A stretch of DNA of 64,000 bases from the human T2T-CHM13v2.0 reference genome, Homo sapiens. Made by a program: the position numbers and the translations under genes. The DNA lies in assembly GCF_009914755.1 (NCBI RefSeq), contig NC_060947.1; one strand, 5' to 3'. A model generated the notes under the pieces. It made no database searches. It saw nothing but the letters and a program-made list of their open reading frames with translations, and was not told the DNA's origin. This document shows, piece after piece, positions 39,462 through 53,970 of the stretch (position 1 is the stretch's first letter; each line of letters starts with the position of its first letter).

Positions 39462-39805
39462 GAATAACGCTTCTCAACTTTTAACATGCATGGAGATCAT
39501 CTGCAAATGTTGTTTAAATGCAGATTCTGATTTATGAGGGGGCCTAAGATTTTGTACTTCTGACACGTTTCTGAGTGATGCTGATGCTTCCAGTCCATGG
39601 ACCACACTTTGAGTAATAAAACTCTAGTTCACTGGTTCTCAGTACAGGATGCACATTTGAACCACCTGGGAAGCTTTGCAAACTACTGAGGCCTGGATTC
39701 CACCCACATAAATTCTGATTAACATGTCAGCGGTGTGTTCTGAACATTGGAAGTTGTTGAAATTTCCCAGGTGATTCTAATAAGCAACAAAGAGTGAGAA
39801 CCACT
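39462..39805. mobile_element. Two adjacent MER5-family elements
   Basis: gcttctcaactt...ggaccacactttgagt and ctggttctca...ccaggtgattct...gagaaccact. Confidence 0.7.
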
Positions 39806-41039
39806 ATAGTTAGTTATAAATGCACAGGTGAACTATCAAGGGTATATTTGACATGTCGATAAAGCACCGTTGAGAGGAGAAATAATTTTATTGAAAAGAT
39901 GATTTTGGAAAATGGAAAGAGTATCACTTCTGATTGGAATAGAATGCTTAACAAAGTTAAACAAAATTACCAAGACATGCAAATGATGTTTCATATTGCA
40001 ATGGTCATTCAGACTTTCTATTAATAACTTGGCAGTTAGGATTGAAAGTGTGTCCTTTAAAGTTTTACATATATCATAATATCAAAATCTTAGTAAAAAT
40101 ATTTTTTCTATTTAAAAATGTAATGTGTGCTCATCATAGAACATTTGAGAAATAAATCTCATAATTTCAATTACTAGAGAAATGTAATATTTTCATATAT
40201 TTTCTTTCATAATATTTCATGCATTTTCAAAGGGTGTGTTGAGTTTTACAAAACTGAAAATGCTGTACTTTTTATTAAAAGTATCTTAAAAGTATAATTT
40301 GTAATGGCTACTGTTGTGTATCTAGTATTTAATTATTTTTGTAAATCAATGTGGGACATAGTATTCTTTTCTTTGGTAGAGTGGCTCATCATTGTACCTG
40401 TTACAGCAGAACATGAATAATTCAGTTAAATAAATTTTAATAGACTGCCATTCTCCATCATTTCTAAAGCAAATATCTATAGTGAGACCTCAATATGAAA
40501 ATTATATGACTATAAATAGTAGCAAAACTGAGCTGCAACACAGAAATATTTTTGTTAGCGGGTTGGGCTTTACTTTCCCTAGGCACAAATGGGGCTTAGA
40601 CTAAAAGTACACATAGCGATGCCTTATCTTGCTTGGTTATTCAAACATCTACTTGCTAATTTGGATGCTGGAACTGCTGCTGAAGAGATATATAGAAATT
40701 GCTCAAGACCTGACAAATATTTAAAATAGCTCAAACCAAACTATGGGAATAGTCTTTGGCAGAAAGGTGTAATCAGATTTGCTCTAAGATGTCTGAAGGA
40801 GGAGTCTTTCTTATTGTTAGCAGTAATTGAACAGTAACTCTCCTTATTTAGTTTGATGGGGTGCTAGAGATGGATTTTAAAAATTTACCCAGGCTAGCAG
40901 TTGGTAGCTTTATCACTTCATTAAAACTCCCCAAATACTTCATGTATATAATCAATGATGAGACTTTGAAAATGGTTTTATAATTATTCCTTTACTATTT
41001 TTAGTTGGATAATTTTAAGACTGTATTCTTATTAGATCT

Positions 41040-43990
41040 TATGTATCTTCCCATTCTAGAGGTTGTTATAATCCTAAATTTTGTGTTTATTATTTCCATT
41101 TATGTCTTTATACTTTATGTATACACGTAAAATTTATACATACATATTTATTTTGCACGTTGATAAACTATTTATAAACAGTATCATACTGTGTGTACCC
41201 TTTATAACTTGCTTTTTGATCAATGTCGACTTTTTTGAGATCTATCTCTATTGACACAGATAGCTCCACTCCATTCATTTTCATTGCTGTATAGTATTTC
41301 ATCATATAACCATACTATACCACAACATACTTATCCATTTTGCAGATGAATATTAAAGGTGTTTTTGTCTTTTTCCTACAAAAATAATGTTGTAAGAATC
41401 TACTCATTTCTATATATGAGTTTCTTTAGGGATTATACGTAGGATGGGAAATGCTGGGTCATAAGATTGGCCCATCATACATTTTACTAGGTATTGCCAA
41501 ATTTTAAGCCAAAAGCATTGAAGCAATTTACAATCTCTACCAAGAATAATAGAGAGGTTGAATTCCTTAATATCCTCACCAAGCCATGGTATTATCAAAT
41601 ATTTTATATTTTGTCAATTTGATGGATGTAAAATAGTATCTTGTAGTTGCTTTAATGTTCTTCTCCTATTTTATTGCATTACTACTCTGTGTATTAGTCA
41701 ATTATTTTTCCTAGTCTATGAATTGATATCTTTTACCCATTTTTGATTGGGTTGTTAGTCTTTCTTCTGTTAACTTATAGTAGCTTTTAATATAGTCTGA
41801 TAACTAATCCTGTCAGTTGTATGTTATAAAAATCTCTCACAGTCTGTGTCTTGTCTTGTCTTATTTTTGTGGTGTTCTTTGATAAATGGACATTTTGAAT
41901 TTTAAGGTAGTTAAATTTATCAATCTTTTCCATTACTGTTTGTACTTTTAAGAATTCCTTCCCTACTTTGAATCATAAAGAGAATCAGAAAATCATTCTC
42001 TTTTAGTTTCCTTCTAAAACTTTTACAGTTTTGCTTTTTCACATTTGGATCTTAAAATATACTAAAATTGTTTTTGGTATGTGGTGTGAAGTATGCATTC
42101 AGTATTTTTCTATGTTGCTAAGCAATTGCCTGAATCATTTATTAAATTGTTTATCCTTTCCCTACCTAACTGCAACGTACTTTATAGGTGGATTATATAC
42201 TTCCATCATAAAGTTCATAATGTCAGGGTTATTCTATTTTTCTTTTTCTTTTTTGCTTTTTGTGAGAATAGCAGACCCTGAAGATCACTGCTTGGATTCA
42301 CTATATCATTAGGAGTCACGAGTTGGAAATATTCTAATTCTATCTTACCTTCTTCATTTATTGCTGAAATGCTTCTAAAAACAGAATTCTTCTCATCAAC
42401 TATTTGGTTACCTTGGAATACAGGCCATATAGGAAAGGCAGAATAAATGCTGGGTTCTTTCCCCTTATTACAAGCTCTCAAAAAAATATGTTGTTTTCCT
42501 GGTATAGATTTAAAAATATTTGATGTGTTTTAATTATTGTTGCTATTCTTACTGATGTCCTCTTTCTTTCCTGTAATTGTTTTTATTTTGCAGCAAAGCT
42601 ATATTTGCAGAGTATAAGGAGTCAAATAACTTCCCCATTTACCACATTCCAAAGGCAATAATTTTGTATTCTTTTAGCTAATTAGTTTGGTATCTTTAAA
42701 TAACCTGATTATTACTTTCTTTATTTTCAGTTTTCAGCATTTTCTGCTGACTTCCACTTACTGAAGATGAGGATTTAGATCATTTCACCCTTCCAAACCT
42801 CCACCACACACACGCACCCATCACCTATCACCTTCATATACTTACAGGATAATCATGATTAGTTCAATCTTAAGTGTTTTCACTGACTATGTAAATACTA
42901 TTCACAGATGAGCCCCAAATAACAGTATGGTTACTTTTTCCATTTTTGCACAACATTTTATTTTACGTATAGTTAATAATTGCCATGTTTTTTTGCTTGC
43001 TCAGTTTCCCACATTCTTAGTACAAACTCAATCTCCACCTCTATTAGTTGTCTAAATCTCTTCCTAACCCATTTAATGGATCAAGTGTTCTCTCCATTTC
43101 AACATCTTGAATAAGCTCTCTGAAGTCTTCAGGCTACCTCCAACCCAGTCTGCTGGTGTATAGCTGCCATTGTGTGATCTCCCCCATCCCTTAGCCTGTG
43201 AATTTCTGTGGCCTCTTTCGTTGCATCCACTGTTTCCTGTCTTCCTTATCTCCCTTTTCCTGGATTATTTCCTTATTTTGATGAAGCTCATCCTCTAGTA
43301 CATTGCTAAGAACAAACACATAGGAAATAAATTTTTGACTTCACTTATACAAAAATATTTTCATTTGACTCTCACACTTAGTTGAAAATTGAATAGAATT
43401 CTAGCTTGAGAATCATTTTCACCTTAAAATTTTTGAAGGCATTGCTCCATTGCCTTCTAGCTACTGGGCTGCCATTAAAAGGACTGAAGACATTAGAATC
43501 CCTGGCCTTTTGAATATCAACAGTTTATTCCTCTCTCTGGATAAAGGAAGGATTATCTCTTTGTCCCTGTGGGCTCCAAAATTTAGTGATCATATGCCTT
43601 TGTATGGGTCTATTTTTGTCAATTTTGCTGAGCATCTGATAGGCCCTTTAATGTGAAAGGTCATGTCCTTCTGTTAAGGGACTTTTTATTACTAGTTCTT
43701 TAACAATCTCTTTCTCTCAATTTTCTTTGTCTTATTTTTCTGTAATTCTTAATAATTGCATGTTGAACCATCTGGATTGGTTCTTTAAATTTTTTTTATC
43801 CTTACCCTATTATCTATTTGTCTTATTGCTCTACTTTGTGGAAATTTTTCTCAACATTGTATTTTAAACTTTTAATATTTTCATTGTTTTAATTTTCAAA
43901 AGAATTGTTTTTGTTCTCTGAATGTTCCTTTCACTAGCACCCTTTTCCTATTTAGTAGATGCAATATTCTTTTCTCTCTGAGGATATTAA
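41040..43990 (-). mobile_element. Old L1ME/L1MD fragments
   Basis: T-rich antisense L1 motifs (cattcattttcattgctgtatagtatt; ggaaatgctgggtcata; gaaggcattgctccattgccttctag). Confidence 0.6.
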
Positions 43991-43999
43991 TGAAATTTT

Positions 44000-45657
44000 T
44001 TTTAAATTTTACTTTAAGTTCTGGGATACATGTGCAGAATGCGCAGTTTTGTTGCATAGGTATACACATGCCATGGTGGTTTGCTGCACCTATCATCCCA
44101 TCTTCTATGTTTTAAGCCCCGCATGCATTAGGTATTTGTCCTAATGCTCCCCATCCCCTTGCCCCCCACCCCCCAACAGGCCCCAGTGTGTGTTTTTCCC
44201 CTCCCTGTGTCCATGTGTTCTCATTGTTCAACTCCCACTTATGAATGAGAATATGCGGTGTTTGGTTTTCTGTCCCTGTGTTAGTTTGCTGAGAATGATG
44301 GCTTCCAGCTTCATCTATGTCCCTGCAAAGGACATAAGCTCAATCATTTTTATGGCTTCATAGTTCTCCATGGTGCACACGTGCCACATTTTCTTTATCC
44401 AGTCTATCATTGATGGGCATTTGGGTTGGTTCCACGTCTTTGCTATTGTAAATAGTGCTGCAATAAACATATGTGTGCATGTGTCTTTATAGTAGAATAA
44501 TTTATTATCCTTTGAGTATATACCCAGTAATGGGATTGTTGGGTCAAATGGCAGTTCTGGTTCTAGATCCTTGAGGAATTGCCACACTGTCTTCCACAAT
44601 GGTTGAACTAGTTTGCACTCCCACCAACAGTGTAAAAACATTCCTATTGCTCCACAGCCTCACCAGAATCTATGGTTTCCTGACTTTTTAATAATTACCA
44701 TTCTGACTGGCATGAGATGGTATCTCATTGTGGTTTTGATTTGCATTTCTCTGATGATCAGTGATGATCTTTTTTCCATGTTAGTTGGCCATATAAATGT
44801 CTTCTTTTGAGAAGTGTCTGTTCACATCCTTGCCCACTTTTTGATGTGGTTGTTTTTTCTTGTAAATTTGTTTAAGTTCCTTGTAGATTCTGGATATTAG
44901 ACCTTTGTCAGATAGGTAGATTGCAAAAATGTTCTCCCATTCTGTAGGTTGCCTGTTCACTCTGATGGAAAAACATTCCATGCTCATGGATAGGTAGAAT
45001 CAATATCGTGAAAATGGCCATACTTCCCAAAGTAATTTATAAATTCAATGTTATTCCCATCAAGCTACTATTGACTTTCTTCACAGAATTAGAAAAAACT
45101 ACTTTAAATTTCATATGGAACAAAAAAGGAGCCCGTATAGCCAAGACAATCCTAAGCAAAAAGTACAAAGCTGAGGGGATCACACTCCTTGATTTCAAAC
45201 TATACTATAAGGCTACAGTAATCAAAACAGCATGGTACTGGTACCAAAACAGATATGTAGACCAATGGAACAGAACAGAGGCCTCAGAAATAACACCACA
45301 CATCTGCAACCATCTGATCTTCAACAAACTTGACAAAAACAAGCAATGGGGAAAGGATTCCCTATTTAACAAATGTTGCTGGGAAAATTGGCTAGACATA
45401 TGCAGAAAAAAGAAACTGGACCCTTCCTTACACTTTATACAAAAATTAACTGAAGTTGGATTAAAGACTTAAACATAAAACCCAAAACCATAAAAACCCT
45501 AGAAGAAAACTTAGGCAATACCATTCAGGACACAAGCACGGGCAAATACTTCATAATGAAAACACCAAAAGCAATTGCAATAAAAGCCAAAATTGACAAA
45601 TGGGATCTAATTAAACTAAACAGCTTCTCCACAGCAAAAGAAACTAGCATCAGAGTG
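44000..45657 (-). mobile_element. L1PA (about PA7/8) with 5' inversion
   Basis: 44000-44967 is the antisense 3' end ([18 protein letters not shown]); 44968-45657 is sense ORF2 ([18 protein letters not shown]...WYWYQNR); TSD tgaaatttt at 43991 and 45656. Confidence 0.92.
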
Positions 45658-46224
45658 AAATTTTATTCTTTAAAATTATCTTATCCTTACAAATTCCGTT
45701 TGTCCTCCCACACTGCTATTTCTGTTTGTTTGTTTGTTTGTTTGTTTGTTTTGTTTTGTTTGACCTCCATCTTCCAGTCTGGAGGATTTCCTCGGAAAAT
45801 TTCTCTCTTTGGTTTGTCTGTTCATCCTTAAATATGATGTATTCAAAAGCTGATTGGAAGCTCTATGGGAGTAGTTGGGTTTTGTCGAATGTGGGTGACA
45901 TGGTAATGTGGTGACATGACTGGCCTATTCCCTTGGGGAACCTTTAATTTAAACATCCACAGAGAAGGACTATCCAATAACCTGCCTGGAGGTCACAAGT
46001 CTGAGTGCCATTGCTACAGGAGCTAAGTGGAAGAAGAAATCTGGGAGATGCGGCATCTCAAATTTTGTCTATAAATGTTCACTTAATCCCCTAGTTTTCA
46101 CACAGTACTTCTAACCTCAACTATGCCTGGTGTTCTCTGGTCCTGAAGTTCCTTGTCTTATCCTCTCCATAGACTGATCCCCAGTTGCTGTTTGAGTCTA
46201 GGCAGGACAGTCAAATGCTGCCCA

Positions 46225-46677
46225 TAAGGGAGGAGATCACCCTTCATATTGTCTTATGCCCAATTTCTGCCTCCAAAGAAAGAAGTAAAAACTAAAAGGC
46301 AGAAATGAAATCCACAGGCAGATAGCCAGATGCCCACCCTGGTAGTTAAAAATCAAGCCCTGACCTAACTGCTTGTGTTATCTATAGATTCCAGACATTG
46401 TATGGAAAAGCATTGTGAAAAACCCTGTCCTGTTCTGTTCCATTCTAAATACTGATGCATGCAGCCCCCAGTCACGTACCCTCTGCTTGCTCAATTGATC
46501 ACGACCCTCTCACGTGGACCCCCTTAGAGTTGTAAGCCCTTAAAAGGGATAGGAATTGCTCACTCAGGGAGCTCAGCTTTTGAGATGCCAAGTCTGCTGA
46601 AGCTCCTGGCCAAATAAAGCTCCTTCCTTCTTTAACCCAGTGTCTGAGGAGTTTTGTCTGCGGCTCATCCTGCTACA
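46225..46677 (+). mobile_element. LTR2-family (HERV-E/Harlequin) solo LTR
   Basis: Begins TAAGGGAGGAGATCACCCTTCATATTGTCTTATGCCCAATTTCTGCCTCCAAAG; TATA-like cttaaaa near 46539; AATAAA near 46613; ends cctgctaca. Confidence 0.8.
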
Positions 46678-47113
46678 CACACAGTGAGGGAGGTGGACTG
46701 GATTCCAAATGCTTTGTACACAGAAGTTCACCCAATCCTTCTGCTTTTAACCCTGTCCTCACCCCAATTTTCAGGGCTCACTATTACTACCAGTCCTAAG
46801 CTTTTCAGGGTGCTGCTGGGTGGATCAGATTGGTTCTCAGCTTTCCTCCCTGCCAGTTTAGAAATTAGATTTCTTAAGTTTTCTGAGTCATTTACTGCTT
46901 TGCAGTTTCTAAATTGTGTTTCTGTTGTCTTATCTCCCATTGTACTTATCCTTTTAGGTTTCTGTCTTTAAAACATCCACTTTCCTCTTATTTCAGAGGA
47001 GCTTTGGGAAAAAGCAAAGAGAAGATAATACATTTCCAGATGCACAATTCCTTTTGGAGTAGAAACTCTTTCTTCTGTCTTCTCTTTGTTCTTTTGTTCT
47101 CTTTGTTCAGTCA

Positions 47114-47596
<483 letters not shown>

Positions 47597-48869
47597 TCAG
47601 TATATCCGTGTTGAGGAAAAAGCCAATGCTGTAACACTATGCAGCTGTCACACACTTGACATAAGTTACTCTAGCCTGCCTGCTCATTGCTTTGCAGTTG
47701 ACCTCTACCAATGGCATGGCCAAGTAATAAAAGCCAGAGATAGTTGCTGAATACAAAATGACCTGGCTAAAACATTCACATATTACTCTTTTTTGCAAAA
47801 GAAAAAAGAAAAAAATTGAACTGATCTGACCTAGCATTTTTCATGATAATAACTATAGTTACCTAACCAAGCTGAACGAGCCTTGGAATTCATCTGAGAA
47901 AAATTACCAATACTAGGTTCTGGAAACTGGAAGCACGATAAATTTCTGAGTTGGATCTTTTAGAGACAGGATAAAAGCTGAGGTCATCTAAAATTTAATT
48001 TAGTGCCTGAAAGTAGGTCTCAAAATGAAAATGATGCTTTACCCTTTTGAAGCAGAATTTTCTGTATCCTGTGTCTCTCGAAACAATTTACTGCATGGAT
48101 TTCTCTTAGGTCAGCAGGATGGTTAGTCCGAGTTTAAGCCAAGCACAATTCACAGTCAATTTCTGCTCAGATTCATTACTTTTGCAGCTAGCTGTGAGCC
48201 TTATTGCATCAGTAGGAGTCAGACTAATATTGCCAGCAGATCATGTCATAATTTGTTAATGAAACTATTCATTACCATTTTTTGCCATTTCTTTATTTGG
48301 GATATAATCTGTATCTCCCTTATTAAAATGTGTCAGATATGCTGATGTTCTGTACAACTCAGTTGTATTCTCCTGACTTTATGGATGAAATGAACCTATA
48401 TAACAAACCTGGGATTACTCTATAAGAATGCCTCTGAGTTAATTATACTTCCTGTTAGCACAAGTCTATTCTAAAATGCACTTAATTGCATTTGCAGACA
48501 TTTATTTTGAAGTTGGTCAGCATTGGTGGTTTGTGGCTTTGCTCTCAGGAAGAAGGGTGCTACATTTAAATTAATCAATAAAGAATAAATACACTTGAAA
48601 AGGAGTTTATGATTTGGTGTTCTTAGAGTGAAGATGTGGGAAGAGAAGTCCTGCAAATGTGAGGAGTCGATTTTACAGAAAATTGAGTCTCGGGTAATTT
48701 AGTGACTTTCTCCCACAATGCTCAGTTATTTAATGGTGGAGCTAGGAGTAACCAGTTCTCAGGTGCCCCAGGCCCATTCCCTTTCTACTTTACTATGGGA
48801 GTAGGATCTTGCAGAAAAATTTTCTCAATGTAATTTACTTTTCATAAAATAATAATAATTAATGATTTG

Positions 48870-50070
48870 GTATTTTTAAATTTTTTGTTTAGAAATAATT
48901 TAAAACTTGCAAAATAGTTGCATATACAATACACATGACTTTCTGTAGTTTGCCTAAGACATTTAATTTATTAATTATTTTGAAAACAGTTAAGATAAAT
49001 ACCTAAATTTCTTACACTTCATTTGTAGATTGGATAAGTTTTTATTAATTATAATAATATTTAAGTGTATATAAATATAAATATAGGTCTTCTATTAAGT
49101 TGAGCCATAATCTTAACATATATTATTTATAAATTTGGTTCTTATAAACTTTAGACAATATTCCATGTATTTGGATTGATAGTTTCACCACTTACACCAA
49201 CTGCGTACAGTTTTATGATGTCCTCATTTCTGTCAAAGTGTTATTATAAAGTATAATACACATAACTTTCTACGTTTAGATAGATCAATTTTTAACATTT
49301 TACAATTGTATGTCACAGACACACAAACACACACTGAAATACCTGAATGAAGAGACAGACAGATGCAGCTAACTTCATATATTTCCCAAGAACAAGAATT
49401 CTGGGACAGGCACCATGGCTCACACTTGTAATCCCAGCACTTTGGGAGGCCAAGGCAAGAGGATCTCTTCAGCTTAGGAGTTGAAGGTTACAGTGGCCTA
49501 TGACCAAGCCAATGTAAGGCAGCCTGGGTGACAGAGCAAGACCCTGTCTCTAAAAATATTAAAAGAAAAGCAAACAAAAGAAAAAAATTCTCTTACAAAA
49601 CCATAGTACATGTATCCAATTCCAGAAATTTAACATTGATACCATGCTCTTTATTATATAATATACAGTCCATATTCAGTTTTCACAGTTGTTGCAACAA
49701 TGTTTTTCTGGTCATTCTGTTCTTTTTCCTCCTAAATCTAATCCATGTTAATGTGTTGCACTTAGTTGTCACGTCTCTCTGGCCTCCTTTAATATGGACT
49801 AGTTCTCAGTCTTTCTTTGTGTTTCATGACATGGACATTCTTGAAAAACACAGGCCTGCTGTTTTGTAAAATATCTCTCAGTTTGAGTTTGTCTGATGTT
49901 TCCTCATGATTACAGTTGGTTTAGGTACTCTTCTGGCAGAAATACTACTTAAATGGCTGTGTGTCCTGTTAAAGCATCACAACAAGAGGCACATGATGTT
50001 AGTTTGTCCATTATTGGTAATAAATCTTTGACATTTGGTTAAGCAAGGGGAGGGGGGTCTTCCAGGTTTC
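48870..50070 (-). mobile_element. L1MC/ME 3' fragments with nested Alu monomer (about 49402-49580, +)
   Basis: Antisense L1MC motifs; FLAM/FRAM-like monomer ggctcacacttgtaatcccagcac...gacagagcaagaccctgtctc. Confidence 0.6.
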
Positions 50071-50621
50071 TTAGCAGGTTATTTTCAGCACAGCATGAGA
50101 AGCAAGAAAGTCTACATGGCAGGAAGTACCTAAAATCCATTTGTGAGCTAAACTAGATGGAATGCTGGCATTAACTAGAGTTAGATGGGGTTCTTTGCAG
50201 TGCCAGCCAGTGTGATTCAGCCCTCAGCTTGTACTATTCTCCAGGCCTCCTTCTTCTGCCAAACCCTACGGCCTGATTCAATGACAATCTTTGATGGGGC
50301 CTGCTGAGTCACTTTCTTAGGAGCCAATGCTATGTAGGTATTCCTTCCTCTACAGGAATTCAGAAAGTATCATCCCAAAATCTAAAAACACATGAGTTGG
50401 ATGACACTATGGTCTGTATATCCTGAGTCCTTTATTGATCGGTTGCAGAGATGTTTGACTGATAAACCTGGCTTTAATTGAGCTTACTTATGTAATAGGC
50501 CACAATAATAGCCCAAGGAATATATTTCCCAAGGCACTAACCATAGTAACAGGGACCCCTTCCCCTGCCCCATTTCCTTCCCCTGTCCTGTGCTGAGGTA
50601 ATTGGCTGAATAGAACAGAGC

Positions 50622-50925
50622 TTGAGCTGGGCACAGGGGCTCATGCTTATAATCCCAGCACTTTGGGAGGCTGAGGCAGGTAGACAGCTTGAGCTCAGGA
50701 GTTTGAGGCCAGCCGGGGCAACATGGCGAGACCCTGTCTCTACTAAAATTACAAAAAATTAGCCAGATGTGGTGGTGCATGCCTGTGGTCCCAACTATTC
50801 AGGAGGCTGAGGTGGGAGGCTCACTTGAGCCCAGTCGGGTGAAGATTGTAGTGAGTTGAGATTGCCCCACTACACTCCAGCCTGAGTCACAGAGCCAGGC
50901 TCTTTCTTAAAAAAGAAAAAAAAAA
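50622..50925 (+). mobile_element. AluJ
   Basis: gcttgagctcaggagtttgag...ggaggctgaggtgggaggctcacttgagccc; A tail. Confidence 0.9.
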
Positions 50926-51798
50926 TCGAGAATAGAACTCGAAAAACACAGTTGCAGTTGTTTTCCTCAGGGAGCCATCTCACTCTAATGAAGGTTCTAC
51001 CTGCTACCCACCCTTATCCCCTGCCTTTCCCCTTACTAAGCTGGGATAATGTTAAACATTTTTTACTTGGCAGAAATATTCATTCTTGATTACAAATCAC
51101 TGGGTTGTGTGAGAAAGGTGAAGTCATATAAAACTATGGGCCTTCAAAGAGGATACTCCACCCTCTTTGGGGGCTGATTAGAAACTAACATGAATCAAAT
51201 AAAACAAAATGAATGAAGTAGCTCTCTGTAGAAATGTTTACAGGCCCAACTTCCAAACTTCACAGTTATTTAATCATGGATTGCTATTGGGACTAGAGCT
51301 TCTCCCACATTTTAGAATGTTATAGTTAAAAAAGAGTGTTACAAATGATCAACCTGCTAGCTGCCTCAGTTTCTTCATTACAAATGAGAATAACCTGATC
51401 TAAAGAGACATGTTTGGAGCAAGCTTGAATTTATTTGGCCTTCTGGTCAAGTCAAGCAGGTTTAGCTTGGAAGAAACTGAATCACACATAAACTAGAAGT
51501 GGGGTTGCTCATGGATATGAGACTGTGCCTTGGGAGTTGGTAATAGAGAGGGGTTGTTTTCTCAAAGCCTTTTTGGAGAAAGTCACCATAGGAGTTCCTT
51601 GTTCTTCACCCCAAATCTCCATAGTTTCTGCAACTCCACTAAATTCCACATGTCTGCTCCTTTCTGTTTTCTCACCCTCACTCTAACTTTTAATTTCCCC
51701 AAAAACTCTGGTAAGAGCGGGGGTAGTACCTTAGCTTGAGTTCTCCCAAAAGATGATCCTGGGAGAAGGGTTTGGATACAAGCAGTTTATTTGGGGGG

Positions 51799-52163
51799 TG
51801 TCTTAGTTTGGGCTGCTAAAACAGATTACCATAGACTGGGTAGCTGAAAGAAAAATAATATTTTTTTCACTATTTTGAAAGCCAGCAGTCTGAAATCAGG
51901 ATGCCAGCATGGTTGGGTGCTGGTGAGAGCTCTCTTTCTGGTTTGAAAATGGTAGTCTTTTCACAGTATCCTCATATGGTGGAGAGCAGAGAAAGAGGAA
52001 AACAACCTCTCTCGTGTCTTCTCAGTGCATTAATCACATAATGAGGGCTCCGCCCTAGTGACCTGATTACCTTCCAAAGGCCTCATCTCCAAATACCATC
52101 ATACTGAAGATTAGTGTTTCAACATATAAATTTTGAGGGGATACAAACATTCAGTGCATGGCA
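51799..52163 (-). mobile_element. MSTD/MLT1A-type LTR nested in an older ERVL LTR (about 51725-52620)
   Basis: tgtcttagtttgggctgctaaaacagattaccatagactggg...acaaacattcagtgcatggca. Confidence 0.75.
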
Positions 52164-52751
52164 AGGAGTAATACCAGGAAGCATAGAGGGGAAAAAAGAG
52201 AAAGGGGAAGACATTCAATAAAAGGCACATTCATGAGTGAGTTATTACGAGGGAGCTCAATCCACTAGGGACCTGCTGAGAGGCTTTGCTATCTCTCATG
52301 CTGCTAATCATGAGACATCATGCCCTAGAATTATCCCTCCAAGAGAAGGAAGGAAATTGGAGAGGTACCCACCAAATTCTGTTCTTCATTTGTGAAAGTC
52401 ACTTCTAGGTCATTAAATTGCCTGGCCCTTCCTGGCTTGCCCCACAAGTGAGTGTAGCATACTCTTATAGCCAGAGAATGTCCTAAGTCACAGAAATACA
52501 GGTACTTAAGGTAAGAAGCCTCTGGTAGTATAGGAACAAGTAACTGTCCACGGAAGTTGCACATGATCTCCTGGATAAGCTGAGAGGTTACAGATGGGGC
52601 AACAACAATGAGTGACACTATGGGGAAGGCACCTGAGGCAAGCTGGGCCAGGCAGCTGGTAGGGAAGGTTGGAGTGCCCTAGGCCAACACTTCAGCAAAA
52701 ACTGTATGCACAGTGATTCCCAAAGACAGGAATTGTGAAAGGACTGGTACG

Positions 52752-52786
52752 GTAAAACCGGTCTGCTAGTAAAACCGGTCTGCTAG
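52752..52786. repeat. 17-bp tandem duplication
   Basis: gtaaaaccggtctgcta twice, perfect. Confidence 0.9.
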
Positions 52787-53488
52787 GTGTTTCCGAACAA
52801 CCTGTGTAGGACCAACCAACCCCCCCGCAACACACACACACTGAGCATACATACACACACTAAAATTCTAGGAAAGCCTCATGCTCACGGTCCATACATT
52901 CTATCCTTACATCTTCAAGGAAGCAATAAGTCCATCAGCAGAAGTAATTATTGCAATAGTGTCTTTATTAATAGAATTCTGTCTGTCACTCTGCTCAGTT
53001 TTCATTACTTTTTAAGATCATGCTTTGGATGAATTTTTTAAATGACTTCATAAGAATAGAGCAGAACAAATACCCCATGTGGCTTTTGGAAAATCATTCA
53101 AGTCTTCTAAATTACATAAAAGAATTTAAAAATATTCAACCCCTATTCATGCTGGGGTGGAAAGGATAAATAAAGCAGCCCTTTTTATTTCCCTCCAGAG
53201 TCAAAAACTAATTGAGACATAAAACACAGGAATAAAACAGAGATAAAAAATCACCTTTGTCGAATTAAGATTGAATTGCAGAATGAGACTAGATATGTAG
53301 TCATAATGGGCCCCCCAAAACCATGCCCCTAACAATATACCCAAGAATCCAGCCTCCCACTCATAGCAGAAAAACATTCCCTAAGACATGCAGCACATGG
53401 AGATTGTAAGAGTGTTTGAATCTTCTGTACAAATTATAAGAGAGAGACAGAGAGACAGAAAAAGAGAAGTAGAGCTGTAGAGCCACAC

Positions 53489-53970
53489 TGTATTATTTGG
53501 GTCTTTTTGGAAGCAGACTCTGAGACAGAGTTAGTAGTGCAAACAGTATATGTGGAGGTAAATCTTATGAAAGATGAAAGGGGGAGGAAGCAAAACTGGG
53601 CAGGGAAAGTCTTAGACCATGCTGTGGCTATGACACCTATGAAAGGAAAGAGGTGAGAAAGCAAGATTGAGCGAAGGGGAGAAAGTAAGTTTGGGCAGGG
53701 CAAGCCTGGGATCTCAATGCAGATTTGACAAAGTCTCAGTCAACACCTAGGGCAGCTCCAAAGCAAATAATTCCTGTTAATTGAGTCCCATATTGGCAGA
53801 AACGGTCAGGCCTTAGCATTTCTTCTGTGTTTCCTCATTGGCTAGGCTTCCCGAGAAGAATGTGGCCTTCAAAAGTTGGAGGCTGTCAACTAGCTGCACT
53901 CCTTGCAACTGAGTGGCAAATTCTTTCCTGAGAGGTTCTGCAAGTGCCACACCTGAATGGCTGCCATACA
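53489..53970 (-). mobile_element. Old ERVL LTR (LTR16/LTR40-like)
   Basis: tgtattatttgggtctttttggaagcagactctgagacagag... antisense LTR start motif. Confidence 0.55.

Noticed and set aside
44315-45472. 108-aa and 154-aa ORFs
   Set aside because: L1 ORF2 remnants of the inverted L1PA.
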